Positions 14,069 to 24,777 of a stretch of 64,000 bases of DNA are shown here, in pieces (the first letter of the stretch is position 1; every line of letters begins with the position of its first letter). The DNA comes from Obrimoposthia wandeli (Eukaryota): positions 186,001 through 250,000 of the forward strand of contig CDROCS010000358.1 in the NCBI GenBank assembly GCA_977020255.1. Direction: 5' to 3'. The notes under the pieces are model-generated. The model ran no database searches and was not told the origin of the DNA. It saw nothing but the letters and a program-made list of their open reading frames with translations. Position numbers and translations under genes: made by a program.

Positions 14069-15950
14069 AAAATCATCCAGAATTTATGGAAAATAATTCA
14101 AATAATATTTATGATATGTATAATTACAAATATAATAAAACCTATAAATGCTCTTGAAGCATATGATTGTTCAAAATATAGTATTCAAAATAAATATTCA
14201 CTAATGGATTTACAACAATGCGCCGACGCAGATCCAAATGAAGTAAAAGTTAAAACCACCAAGTTATTTCATGTATACCAGGAAACAGATTACATAAATA
14301 CAGAAGTTTTCGAATGTAGAGTACATGTGGAAACATTCATAACATATTGCGGACAACACAGCCATAATTCAATTGTTAAGCCAGCATTAGGAAAAACACC
14401 AATAATTGTGGACGCGTTAAATTGTAAAGATGCTTTTGCAACAGGCGAACTGAGAATAGATAGAGAAATAAAAGTAAAAGCAATAAAAAACAAAATAATA
14501 CAACAAATGATTACGGTGGTAGGAACTATCAAATCTGACGGAGAATGCACAACAGGATCATACGTCGTAATGGGAGTTAAACAAAGTGGTTTAGTAGTTA
14601 TAAAAAACTTTGAGGTAGAACTAAGAACATTTAAAGCAACATTTGATCCATCTACAAATACCATGGTGACTATGCCTTTTTGTGCAGCAAATATCGGATA
14701 TTGTAACACAGGATCTTCAATTTTATACTATAAGGTAAAAACAGACCAATGTAAATTAATACTACTAAAATCAGAAAATTTCCAAATAATTCAAGGTCAA
14801 AGATTCAAAGATGATCCAGAGCTAGATCAACGAATTCCAAAAAATATACTTAAAAATATAGAACTAGAAAAATACAAAAAACATCAACTCCAACTATTTT
14901 AATGTCAACTGAACAAGGTTCAGGTATGCGATTTATTAAAAGAAAGAGGAATCCCGATGTGGACACTCTATTTATACAACTAATTATAAAGGAATATATC
15001 TAAGTAAAGAAAAAATTTATAATGCAAAAACTACACCAACAAAATTTGATATAAAAAATTACGATTATTTCAATAATAAATTAGATAATTTTTATCACAA
15101 AGGATTAATGACAATAGAAGCTATTTATAGAGAAACAATAATGAATGACTGTAAATTAAATCAAGAAATTTTGAAAACAAAACTAGCAATTATTGCTACA
15201 AATCCAGAATTAATAACACCATTATTACCGTTACCAGATGGTACTTTCGGAAGAGTAATGGGAGAGGTACTATATACGTATCAATGCCAAAAAGTAATAG
15301 TTAATATAAGAAATCACAATAAATGTACCAAAGAATTGCCAATTTCATACAAAAATCATTCATTATTTGTAGAACCAATCACCAGAATAATACTTTTTAA
15401 CACATTCAGCATAAAAGAAATAAACTGTTCAAACATAATGGCACCTCATTATAAAATTTCAAAAGATATCTGGATAACATTACCAAGAAGAGACATAGTT
15501 GCTCAACCACTAAAACTACAATTAACTAATCTAAAAAATGACATAGAAATAAATCCAGACAATGAACTAAATACAAAAGGCATTTACATACAAGAAGATA
15601 TAGATAAATTAAGAAAAGAAATTTTATTTCCTCAAATAAGATCACGAATTTTAACACAAATCATAGAAAGATCAGTACCAGACGGAATTAGCCGTCCTGA
15701 TTATGATTTATTACTTTCTCCAAACCATTACATAAAAGCTACAAAAAATACAATGTCAAAAATATGGGGAAAATTTTTAATATTTGGACAAGCATTTTCT
15801 GGACTTGTAGGAATATATGCACTACAAATATGCTTTAAAATACTATTGAGTCAAATTTTATCCACATACTATATTTATAAAGTTGGAGGATTAACATGGA
15901 AACTAATATTAGGATGTTTTCCATTTTTGGAAAAATTTCTTATATTTAAT
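14069..15950 (+). pseudogene. env: Chuvirus-like (class III) envelope glycoprotein in frame with Gag; two frameshifts near 14880 and 14940
   Basis: Internal signal peptide, then LEAYDC...QC, ECRVH...YCGQHSHNS, CGHSIYTTN, NDCKLNQEIL, GRVMGEVLYTYQC, and a C-terminal hydrophobic region WGKFLIFGQAFSGLVGIY; pattern recalled for chuviral G. Confidence 0.8.
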
Positions 15951-16139
15951 CATCTTCAAAATACTGTAAACGCATTATCAAACGAAATGCGAGAAACAAA
16001 TTTACAAAAAATAGTAGACAATAAAAATAAAGAGAATACAGAATCTGCACAATACCCCGATTTAGAAAGATATAAAGAAGAAATAATAGTTCAAAAATCA
16101 ACTGCACCAACAATATATACTATAAATCAAATGGATAAT

Positions 16140-16793
16140 GATAGACGACCTTATGTAAAAGTTGAAATAAATGAGTATAAATTAAAAGCTTTAATTGACA
16201 CAGGATCAAGCGTAACAGTTTTGGACGAGTCTTTCTTAAAACCACACCAAATATTACTACTTCTCACAGATAATAGTCAAATAACAGCAGCAAACGGTCA
16301 ACCCGTAAATATTATTGGTAAATTAGATTGTATTTTTAAAATAGGAGATAAATTTATAAAAATACCTACTAGAATAATGAAAAATTGTCCATGTCAGATG
16401 ATAATAGGAATAGATACATTGAGGAAATTAGGAAACAATTTTCACTTCGACTTTGAGAAAAATCAAATTAAAGACATTTACAGACCAAACGCTAAAAGCG
16501 AATACGAATTGGAAATAAAAGGAGATATCATCCTTCAACCTAGAACAGAAACAATATTACAATTAGAAACTAACATAGTTACAGAAAAAGACATCTTATT
16601 CGAACCTTATAAATATCAACAGGAAACATTAAATTACGTTCTACCAAATATAATTTGTAAAATAAGAAATAACACAATACCTATCAGAATACTAAATGGA
16701 GACATAAACGAGATTCATCTAAAAGTAGGAACACGCCTTGGAAAAATAAGTGTTATAGAGAATATAGAATTAATTAATAATGAAAAAATATAA
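16140..16793 (+). CDS. Aspartic protease and post-protease domain, in the same ORF (15108-16793) as the glycoprotein C-terminus
   Basis: RPYVKVEI...ALIDTGSSVTVL (DTG at 16197), IIGID; one in-frame TAA at 16791-16793 separates it from RT. Confidence 0.9.
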   Translation, partial: DRRPYVKVEINEYKLKALIDTGSSVTVLDESFLKPHQILLLLTDNSQITAANGQPVNIIGKLDCIFKIGDKFIKIPTRIMKNCPCQMIIGIDTLRKLGNNFHFDFEKNQIKDIYRPNAKSEYELEIKGDIILQPRTETILQLETNIVTEKDILFEPYKYQQETLNYVLPNIICKIRNNTIPIRILNGDINEIHLKVGTRLGKISVIENIELINNEKI

Positions 16794-18200
16794 GACAATT
16801 CCACCGTAAAATTTGAAAATATTAGATTAAATGATTATGAGAAATCAAAACTAAAATCATTGATGGAGAAATATGACGTGATTTTTTGCAAAAATGAATA
16901 TGACCTAGGACGAACAGATTTAATTAAACATAACCTTCCGTTAACTATTAATACAGCAATCAAACAACGACCTTACCGTATCCCATACGCTTACAGAGAA
17001 GAAGCTCAAAGACAGGTAAAAGGAATGTTAGAGAATAATATCATAAGAAGAAGTTTTTCAGCATGGACATCTCCGGTTGTTTTGATAAAAAGAAAGATGG
17101 TTCACTAAGATTTTGCGTAGATTACAGAAAATTAAACGAGATCACACATAAAGACACATATCCGCTTCCAAGAATCGATGAAATCTTAGATAAACTAAAA
17201 AATGCAAAAATATTTACAACCTTAGATTTACAAAGTGGATATTGGCAGATAGAAATAGATGAATCAGATAAAGAAAAACAGCATTCTCAACAGGAGAAGG
17301 ATTATACGAATTTAACGTTTTACCTTTTGGATTAACAGGTGCTCCAGCAACATTTCAGAGGTGCATGAGCCACATTTTAATGGACGCCGATCATGTCATG
17401 GTTTATATCGACAATATTCTAATTTTTTCAAAAAATTTTGAAGAACATTTAAAAGATTTAGAAAATGTATTTCTTAGATTAAAAATAGCAGGTTTAAAAT
17501 TAAAACCAAAAAAGTGTGAATGGATGAAAGACAAAGTGAATTATCTAGGTCACGCAGTATCAGCAAAAGGAATTCAACCAGATGAAAGTAATATAGAAAA
17601 AATAAAGAATTTTCCAATTCCAAAAACAGTAAAAAATATACAAGAATTTTTAGGACTTGCAGGATATTATCGTCGATTTATCAGAAACTTTGCACAAATA
17701 GCAACACCATTAAACAAACTTATTAAAAAGGATGAAAATTTTGAATGGGAAACGGAACAACAAGAGTCATACGAGTACTTAAAACAAAAATTGATAGAAA
17801 AACCTATATTGATATATCCTAATTTCAACAACTCGTTTCTAGTAATGACTGACGCAAGTGGATACGCGTTAGGAGCAGTACTAGGACAACAGGATAATAA
17901 TGAAAAAGATCATGTGATAGCGTACGCAAGCAGAGGTCTTAAAAACACGAAATAAATATTCAAACAAAAGAAAGGAATGCCCCCGCTATTTGTTTCGCAA
18001 TGGAACATTTTAAACATTACTTATTAGGTCGAAAAGTTCACGTTTATACTGATCAAAGACCATTACAGTGGCTACTAAATCATAAAGATACAACATCTAG
18101 ATTAATGAGATGGGCGTTAATTCTCCAAAAATATGATATTGAAATTAAATATAGAAAAGGTAAATCAAACGCCAATGCAGATTGCCTATCTAGAATAAGA
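16794..18200 (+). pseudogene. pol: Reverse transcriptase and RNase H, frameshifted
   Basis: [47 protein letters not shown] in place of YxDD (17404-17415), TDASGYALGAVL, ANADCLSR. Confidence 0.92.
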
Positions 18201-18479
18201 GAAGAAGTAAATGTAATAAATTCCAATGACACCGAATTAAATATTTTTACAATAATCAAGGCTCGATATGATGATAAAGTAATCACCGATCTTCAAAGCA
18301 AAGATACGGAATTACAACAAATAATTAAGTATATCACCATCAATCAAGTTCCAACAGATGAAAAATTAAGAAAACATTTAAAAAAAACTCATGAATCTCG
18401 CTATAAATTCAGTAACAATATTTTACATTATTTAAACGATAAAAATCTGTACTCACTAGTTATACCTAAAGAAATACAA

Positions 18480-19560
18480 TGACAATTACTCCTTCAATAT
18501 CATAACGGAGCTTTAGGAGGACATCTTTCAACAAAAAAGACACATTCAAGATTAAATTTAAAATATTATTGGATTGATATGAAAGAAGATGTAAAAAATT
18601 GGTGTAATACTTGTGAAATATGTCTTAAAAGAAAAAACACCTTACGTACCACAAAGATACCTTTAAAACCAATACCGTATCCATCGGCCCCCATGGAAAC
18701 TGTTGCCATGGATGTAATGGGGCCATTACCTGAAACACCCCGAGGAAATCGATATATAATAGTATTTTCAGATTATTTTACAAGATGGCCAGAGGCTTTT
18801 CCAACACATGATCATAAGGCTGAAACCATCGCGAAGGTTTTAGTCGAAAAAATTATTTTTACTTTCGGTGCACCCCGAAAGTTATTAACCGACAAAGGTC
18901 CTGAATTTATAAATAATGTATTAGCATCAATAGCTGAAATCTTTCACATAAAAAAGATCAATACAACACCATATCACCCTCAAACCGACGGATTAGTAGA
19001 AAGATTTAATAGAATTCTCGAAGATATGATGGCATCATATACAAACAACAACCAAACAGATTGGGATTTGCACATACCCCCATGCCTTTTTGCATATAGA
19101 ACATCAGTACATGCATCTACAGGAGAAACACCTTTTTACCTTATGTTCCTCAGAGATCCGCAAATGCCTATTGACCTAACATTACTACAACCTACTACAC
19201 AATACCTAGAAATACCTGAATACAAAATAGAAATTAGAGAAAGAATAAAACTAGCATTTGAAAAGGCTAAATTATTTGTAAAAAACATACAAGAAAATTA
19301 CAAAGAATATTATGATAGAAGAACTAAGCCATCAAATATAAAAAGCGGAAGTAAAGTGATGATTCACAATCCACAAATTAATGTAGGATTGTCACACAAA
19401 TTATCAAAACCATACAAAGGACCATATACAGTTATTAGTACCAATGGAACTAACATAACAGCTAAACTCGACAATGAACTAAAATCAAAAGAAATAAGAA
19501 CACACATAAATAGATGTCGACAAGTACCAGAAGAGAATACAACAGTAAAAAGCCATAAAT
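18480..19560 (+). pseudogene. Integrase (HHCC zinc finger, DDE core, GPY motif)
   Basis: H..ALGGH...WCNTCEIC; AMDVMGP, LTDKGPEF, GLVERFN; KPYKGPY; a stop lies immediately upstream. Confidence 0.92.
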
Positions 19561-19619
19561 ATAATTTGAGATCAAACACAAAAAATACAGTTTTACAAAT
19601 GTTACCAATACAAGATATA

Positions 19620-20930
19620 CAGAGAAAAAATATTAAAAACAAAAAATCTAAATGGAATAAGGCAATAGTTATATCAATAAAGGAATTTTCAAAAATTTTA
19701 ATAATATTCGCAATTTATCTCTTCATAAGTAAAAACGTGCAAGGAGCAAATGCTACCAAACTAAATGATAAAAAACTAACTATAAAAAATGTTATAAATA
19801 AACATGACTCGACAACACATCTTATAAAAAATTTTGGTTTAATTACGATAATACCAGAAATCACATCTATAAAGTTAAAAATCTCGCTCTTTATAAACAA
19901 AACTGAAATATACAAATTACACAAAAGACAGAAAACAAAACATAACAATAATAGGAATAAAATCACGAAAATATACAATACCATTCTTAAGAGATGAAAC
20001 ACAATATGAAATTAAAATAAAATCAAATACACAAAACATTACACTTTATCAAAGAACTATAGAAACTCACATATACCTAGCATCAATATTAGAAACAACA
20101 GCGAAATATATATCAAAACATAAAATAATGATAAAATGGGAATTTCAACTAAAAATAGACGACTTAGATAAAGCCCTCATTAGAATTAGATATAGAGGAC
20201 ATAATATTAATTTTTGGAAAAACTCAGAAAAACAATTAGAAAAAACACAAACTAAAACAAATTTAACCATAGAAAATATAAGATATCCAGAGAGAATAAT
20301 AATACAATATAGAGAATGTGTAATCACAAATAAACCAATGATGTATAGAAGTTGGGGACACATTTTGAATACTTACAAAAACATAACTACTTTAGAAACA
20401 ATAGGAAAAAAGATATCAAAAATGTTTCAACCAACTCTTTTTGCGGGAGTTGGCTAATAATAAAAATAAAAGAACCTATATTAAAATCAACAAAAGTAAT
20501 GAAAATATATTTAACACAATATACAACAAAAATATTTAAGAAAATATCATCAATCATTTCTAAAGAAAACATACAAAACCAGTCAACCTTTTTAAAAAAT
20601 ACAATAAATTCATCAAAATCGATGAACTTAAAACATATAATATTTTTTAGTCAACGAAATCATTCACAAAACATATATCATACAGAATTTAAGATAATAA
20701 TAGCAATAATAATTGAAATATTTAACATTTTAATAAAAGTAATAATAAAAATAAAAACTTTTAAAAGAATTAAAACTAAAAAATCATTTCACTTAAACAA
20801 ACTGTATGGACCACCAGGTCCACTCATAACATCCCTAATACCAAGTGGTACAAATTCATCCAATACATCAATAGATACGGTAATCAAGAACTATAAACAC
20901 AAAGAGAAAAACAACACTGATTTGTAAAAA
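19620..20930 (+). pseudogene. Post-integrase region beginning with a second signal-peptide-like segment; fragmented
   Basis: Basic stretch then KILIIFAIYLFISKNVQG in frame with integrase; homologous sequence in the minus-strand copy at 5100-5950. Confidence 0.45.
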
Positions 20931-20997
20931 TCAAAAGATTTAATTTTTTTTTCTCTTTCTCAAAATAAGACTTAAATTTTTTTTAACATTTTAGAAA

Positions 20998-21306
20998 ATG
21001 AGAAATTCAAAATTAGTACAAAATAATAGAAGAAGATATAAAAGACAGAAAAAATGGGAAAATAAATTGTTAATAGAGAATATAAATCTGAGATCGCATT
21101 TAAAAGACAAGGAAATGGAATGTGAACGAATGAATAATGCTTTTGACGTTGCAATTGAAAGATTAGAACATAGCCAAACAAATCAGGAATTATTAGTACG
21201 ACGACTCAGAGAAGCATTAAACTCTCTCGTATCATTGAGATCAGTAATTAATCGTTTGATGGGATTTCAACCGGGAGAAAGCGATGATTCCGGGTGTGAA
21301 AATTAG
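20998..21306 (+). CDS. 102-aa basic plus coiled-coil (bZIP-like) accessory protein
   Basis: NNRRRYKRQKKW followed by heptad-spaced Leu; ATG preceded by a tttag acceptor-like site. Confidence 0.55.
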   Translation: MRNSKLVQNNRRRYKRQKKWENKLLIENINLRSHLKDKEMECERMNNAFDVAIERLEHSQTNQELLVRRLREALNSLVSLRSVINRLMGFQPGESDDSGCEN

Positions 21307-21739
21307 TAAAATCCCCAGTGAGTAAAATAAAATATAAAATAAAAGAAAATTGAGAATGAGTTTGGGCTTTTGGCATGTTTTTGGAGAGGAAATGCGTTTA
21401 TGAATGGGTATTAATATTCATTAACTTTAGTTGAAATAGTAATAATAAAATTAAGAATAGGTAAAAAATGAATATACCAGTATAGATATGTATATATTGA
21501 TATTGATAACACCAGTAATAAGAATATATATATTAAAAAATGAAAAAATCATATTTTATTTATATACCTTGTTTGTTTAAACTTGTTATATAAAGACAAA
21601 AACGATTTACAGATTTTTGATTAACAAAAAGAGACAAAATAACTAACAGGAACATTTCATTTGATAGACAGTTGACAATTTTTATATTTGCATGTAAAAG
21701 ATCAACAATTTTTTTTTACTATATCTGTATACCCTACAG

Positions 21740-22876
21740 ATGGAACCCACAAGCACGAATCCTCATTTGAACTGGCAGGTGGTGCCGCGGGGAAAGAGAG
21801 AGAAGTCGGTCCAGTTAGCAGAACAACGTCCAGAAATGGCGAAAATGGCTAAGTTCCTTTATGGAAAAATAAGACAGTTTGGAACAAGGTATTTCCATAA
21901 CCATTACGGAATAAAGCTTTTTGACAATCAGACCCAGCTTCCAAATAGCATTAAGTTAAGAGACACCCCAAGACAAAGTATAATTCTCAACATAAATAGT
22001 AAAAAGCCAACGGAAAAAAGACTGTTTGAGTTGATGAATTTCTTACCAATATGCACGGACATTGAGATTCACGTAGCAAAAGGCCGTGGATTTTTAAAAC
22101 ACAGGAAAAGCAAACATTTTTCTATCCTTCTCCTGCAAAACCACTCTTACAGATTAATGAGACATCAAATAACTCCCGATTTGATGATTCGTTTTTCGGG
22201 TGGAAATAACATATTTTTCATGGAGCAAAATGTGCGACCTAATCCCGTTCAAGTCTGCCATTTGAATATCATACCCTACAATCCTCAAATATTTTTTGTC
22301 GATTGTGAAATGGTAGTAAAAATGAACAAACAACCCACCCTAGCTAGCATTACAATAATGAATAGAAGCGGACAGATCGTGTTGGATACGAAATGCAATA
22401 GCAGAGACAGAATCAGGAATTATGTGACAAGAATAACGGGCCTTAATGAACGGAAGTTAAGAAACCAACCTGATTCTGTCGAAGTGTTAGAACGTGTCCA
22501 ATCCTTGCTAAGAGACAATATTTTCGTAGGGACGGGAATATCCAACGATCTCAAAGTTTTAGGATTACAAAAAAACGATTTTTCGCACACGGTTGATCTA
22601 GGGGCAACACAAACTATTCAAATGGAAATGAACCGTAGAGAACAAGCCGGACTTGCTCGAATGGTTTCGTGGTATTTCAATAAAGAAATACAAAAGAATA
22701 CCCACTCTAGCCTCATAGACACGCAATGGACCCGAAAAATTTTCCTCCATAAAGAACAAGAACTGCTAAAAGAATGTGGTTTGACCGTCTCTTTTCCCCG
22801 CGTAACCAACGCTAATTTTCCTGTCTTAACCGAGGTTATAGACCTCACCTCCTCTGATTCTGAGGACAACATTTAA
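21740..22876 (+). CDS. DEDDh 3'-5' exonuclease (REX4/ISG20-like), 378 aa
   Basis: ExoI FVDCEMV, NYVTRITGL, ExoII FVGTGISNDLKVL, ExoIII HSSLIDT; uninterrupted ORF. Confidence 0.88.
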   Translation: MEPTSTNPHLNWQVVPRGKREKSVQLAEQRPEMAKMAKFLYGKIRQFGTRYFHNHYGIKLFDNQTQLPNSIKLRDTPRQSIILNINSKKPTEKRLFELMNFLPICTDIEIHVAKGRGFLKHRKSKHFSILLLQNHSYRLMRHQITPDLMIRFSGGNNIFFMEQNVRPNPVQVCHLNIIPYNPQIFFVDCEMVVKMNKQPTLASITIMNRSGQIVLDTKCNSRDRIRNYVTRITGLNERKLRNQPDSVEVLERVQSLLRDNIFVGTGISNDLKVLGLQKNDFSHTVDLGATQTIQMEMNRREQAGLARMVSWYFNKEIQKNTHSSLIDTQWTRKIFLHKEQELLKECGLTVSFPRVTNANFPVLTEVIDLTSSDSEDNI

Positions 22877-23254
22877 AGTGGTAGGAAAATTTATGATTTT
22901 AGAAAATGTTTCGAGAAAAATCAGAGTGAACAGAAAATAAAAAAAAGTAAACACTACTAGAGTAATCGTGTTTATGGCTGATTTTTATCGAAAACATAAA
23001 AATAATTTTATAGCATGAATGAATCCATATTTTAAATGATGACAATTTTTTTTAACTATGTTTAACAATGATTATTTTAACAATTAAACAAACATCTTTG
23101 TTAAATATAAAACGTCAGAGGTCTGACTTTGTATACTCCCATAGGATTGTTGGGTCTTTAATTAAAATTAATTAATTAAATTACAGTCAATTTAAATTGA
23201 CATTTTTTAAAATTATCTAAAGTGCCCACAATTAGGGAGGTTTATCAAATTTCA

Positions 23255-23306
23255 GCCTCCGACGGGTTGTTAGCCCGTTTCGCCCTGCCGGGCTCATCAG
23301 GAAGGC
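23255..23306 (-). ncRNA. Type I hammerhead ribozyme
   Basis: Minus strand: GCCUUC-CUGAUGA-GCCC(GGCA)GGGC-GAAA-CGGG(CUAACAA)CCCG-UC-GGAGGC. All core nucleotides and three helices present; GUC cleavage triplet. Confidence 0.9.
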
Positions 23307-23329
23307 GGCGAAAAAAGCGGTTGATAAAA

Positions 23330-24015
23330 GGGATTCTTATCATAAAAATATTACCGCCCAGTAGCAGCGACCTATTCCCTTCATCATCATCCGGAGAGGC
23401 AACAAACTTCAATCATCCCATCTCGGAAGCAGTTGCCTCCCTGACAACAAATTTCCCGCCTGCTCAACCGCCCCTGTGTATCCTTCACTACCCTATTTCT
23501 ACTACGTGGCGGAGATGTCCGGCATCTCACTGTTCAACAGCTACCTCATGGCCTACCCTATCTGCATGGCGGTCTTGGAGCTTAGCTTATTCAGTTGCCT
23601 TAACATGTTCGCCATCAACCTGGGCATCGTCATCTCTCTTTTCCTCCTCTTCCCGCACAACTCTTGGAGATGGCAGGCGAGACCCCGACAGCATGCCTAA
23701 CTTTGACAATAATGTATGCAACAGCAGTCTCTCCGGTCAACGGCTCAGACAGCGACACTGACCGGCTGCCATAATCCTGGTGGTCCAGCGGTGACTGCAT
23801 TGAACAACTGTACAATCCGGCCATGAATCTACACACAAAAACTTTGGTGCTGTCTTTAGTGTCGGTGTGTGGTGTGTATATCCTCTCTCCTCTCTCACAA
23901 TCTCTATATTATTTTTCGTACAATCACTGTTTTTCCCTCTCAAAATTATCCAGTGTGAATGTGTGTTGACTGAAATCTCTCCTGTACTGTCATTTCCCCC
24001 TTTTCTCCACAACAT
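23330..24015 (-). pseudogene. Decayed GC-rich antisense ORF with a Cys/His cluster
   Basis: One frame continues through isolated TGA/TAG stops: LCVDSWPDCTVVQCSHRW...GQCRCL..., EEEEREMTMPRLMANMLRQL. Confidence 0.4.
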
Positions 24016-24088
24016 AGTCCATCATACCATGCAATAAGACAGTGTTGAGATGACCAGCGATGTAGAGGATTGTAATATGTGGACTGTT

Positions 24089-24097
24089 AAGAGAAGG
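24089..24097 (+). promoter_or_regulatory. Polypurine tract
   Basis: aagagaagg 3 nt upstream of the 3' LTR start. Confidence 0.6.
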
Positions 24098-24100
24098 CTA

Positions 24101-24777
24101 TGTGTAAAGATCACGGATTATTAATGTTGCAGCTTCTTCCTTACACATGTGAATGTGATTGTGTGTTGATACTTCATACCTGGACCTGTGTGTCTGATTG
24201 GTCCCGGTCTGCCAACTTTATCAACTTTCTCTCCCTCAATGGACATCGTCGATTTAGATGCCCATTTGACATTTGGACGATTGCTATTTATAGCAATCGT
24301 CGATTGGATTTAGATCAGTCAATTCTCCTTATTACAAATTTGTTGTCTTTTCAGTTTTCATTATCACACAAATTATTTTATGAATATATTTCTAAAAGAA
24401 GAACAAATTATTTTATGATCTAAGAATACATTATTGGAAACTATTCAAATATAACATTCAGTTTTCATTATCACACAAATTAATTTATGAATATATTTCT
24501 AAAATAAGAACAAATTATTTTATGATCTAAGAATACATTATTGGAAACTATTCAAATATAACATTCAGTTTTCATTATCACACAAATTAATTTATGAATA
24601 TATTTCTAAAAGAAGAACAAATTATTTTATGATCTAAGAATACATTATTGGAAACTATTCAAATATAACATTCAGTTTTCATTATCACACAAATTATTTT
24701 ATGAATATATTTCTAAAAGAAGAACAAATTATTTTATGATCTAAGAATACATTATTGGAAACTAATCAAATATAACA
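24101..24777 (+). repeat. 3' LTR including a 4 x 107 bp tandem array (24350-24777)
   Basis: Starts tgtgt, shares gacctgtgtg..tgattggtcccggtct and the 26-bp palindrome with the 5' LTR, ends aaatataaca. Confidence 0.8.

Larger units (their letters stand above)
10526..24777 (+). mobile_element. Ty3/Gypsy LTR retrotransposon with chuvirus-like envelope and accessory genes
   Basis: TGT...ACA LTRs, PBS-like and PPT sites, near-matching 5-bp flanks TACCT/TATCT, PR-RT-RH-IN order with Gypsy-type RT and a GPY motif. Confidence 0.9.

Noticed and set aside
14290-14709. 139-aa antisense ORF and the many similar shadow ORFs over gag, pol, capsid, ATPase and RING genes
   Set aside because: They lie opposite or out of frame with recognisable genes and have no motifs of their own
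23400-23620. Several in-frame TAG codons in the antisense ORF, and TAA/TGA in Polinton genes, suggested a reassigned genetic code
   Set aside because: All three stop types interrupt conserved motifs alongside frameshifts, and intact genes end in TAA, TAG or TGA; ordinary pseudogene decay explains this
24350-24777. Regular repeat array resembling CRISPR
   Set aside because: Units are contiguous 107-bp copies with no unique spacers, in a eukaryotic LTR context with no cas genes
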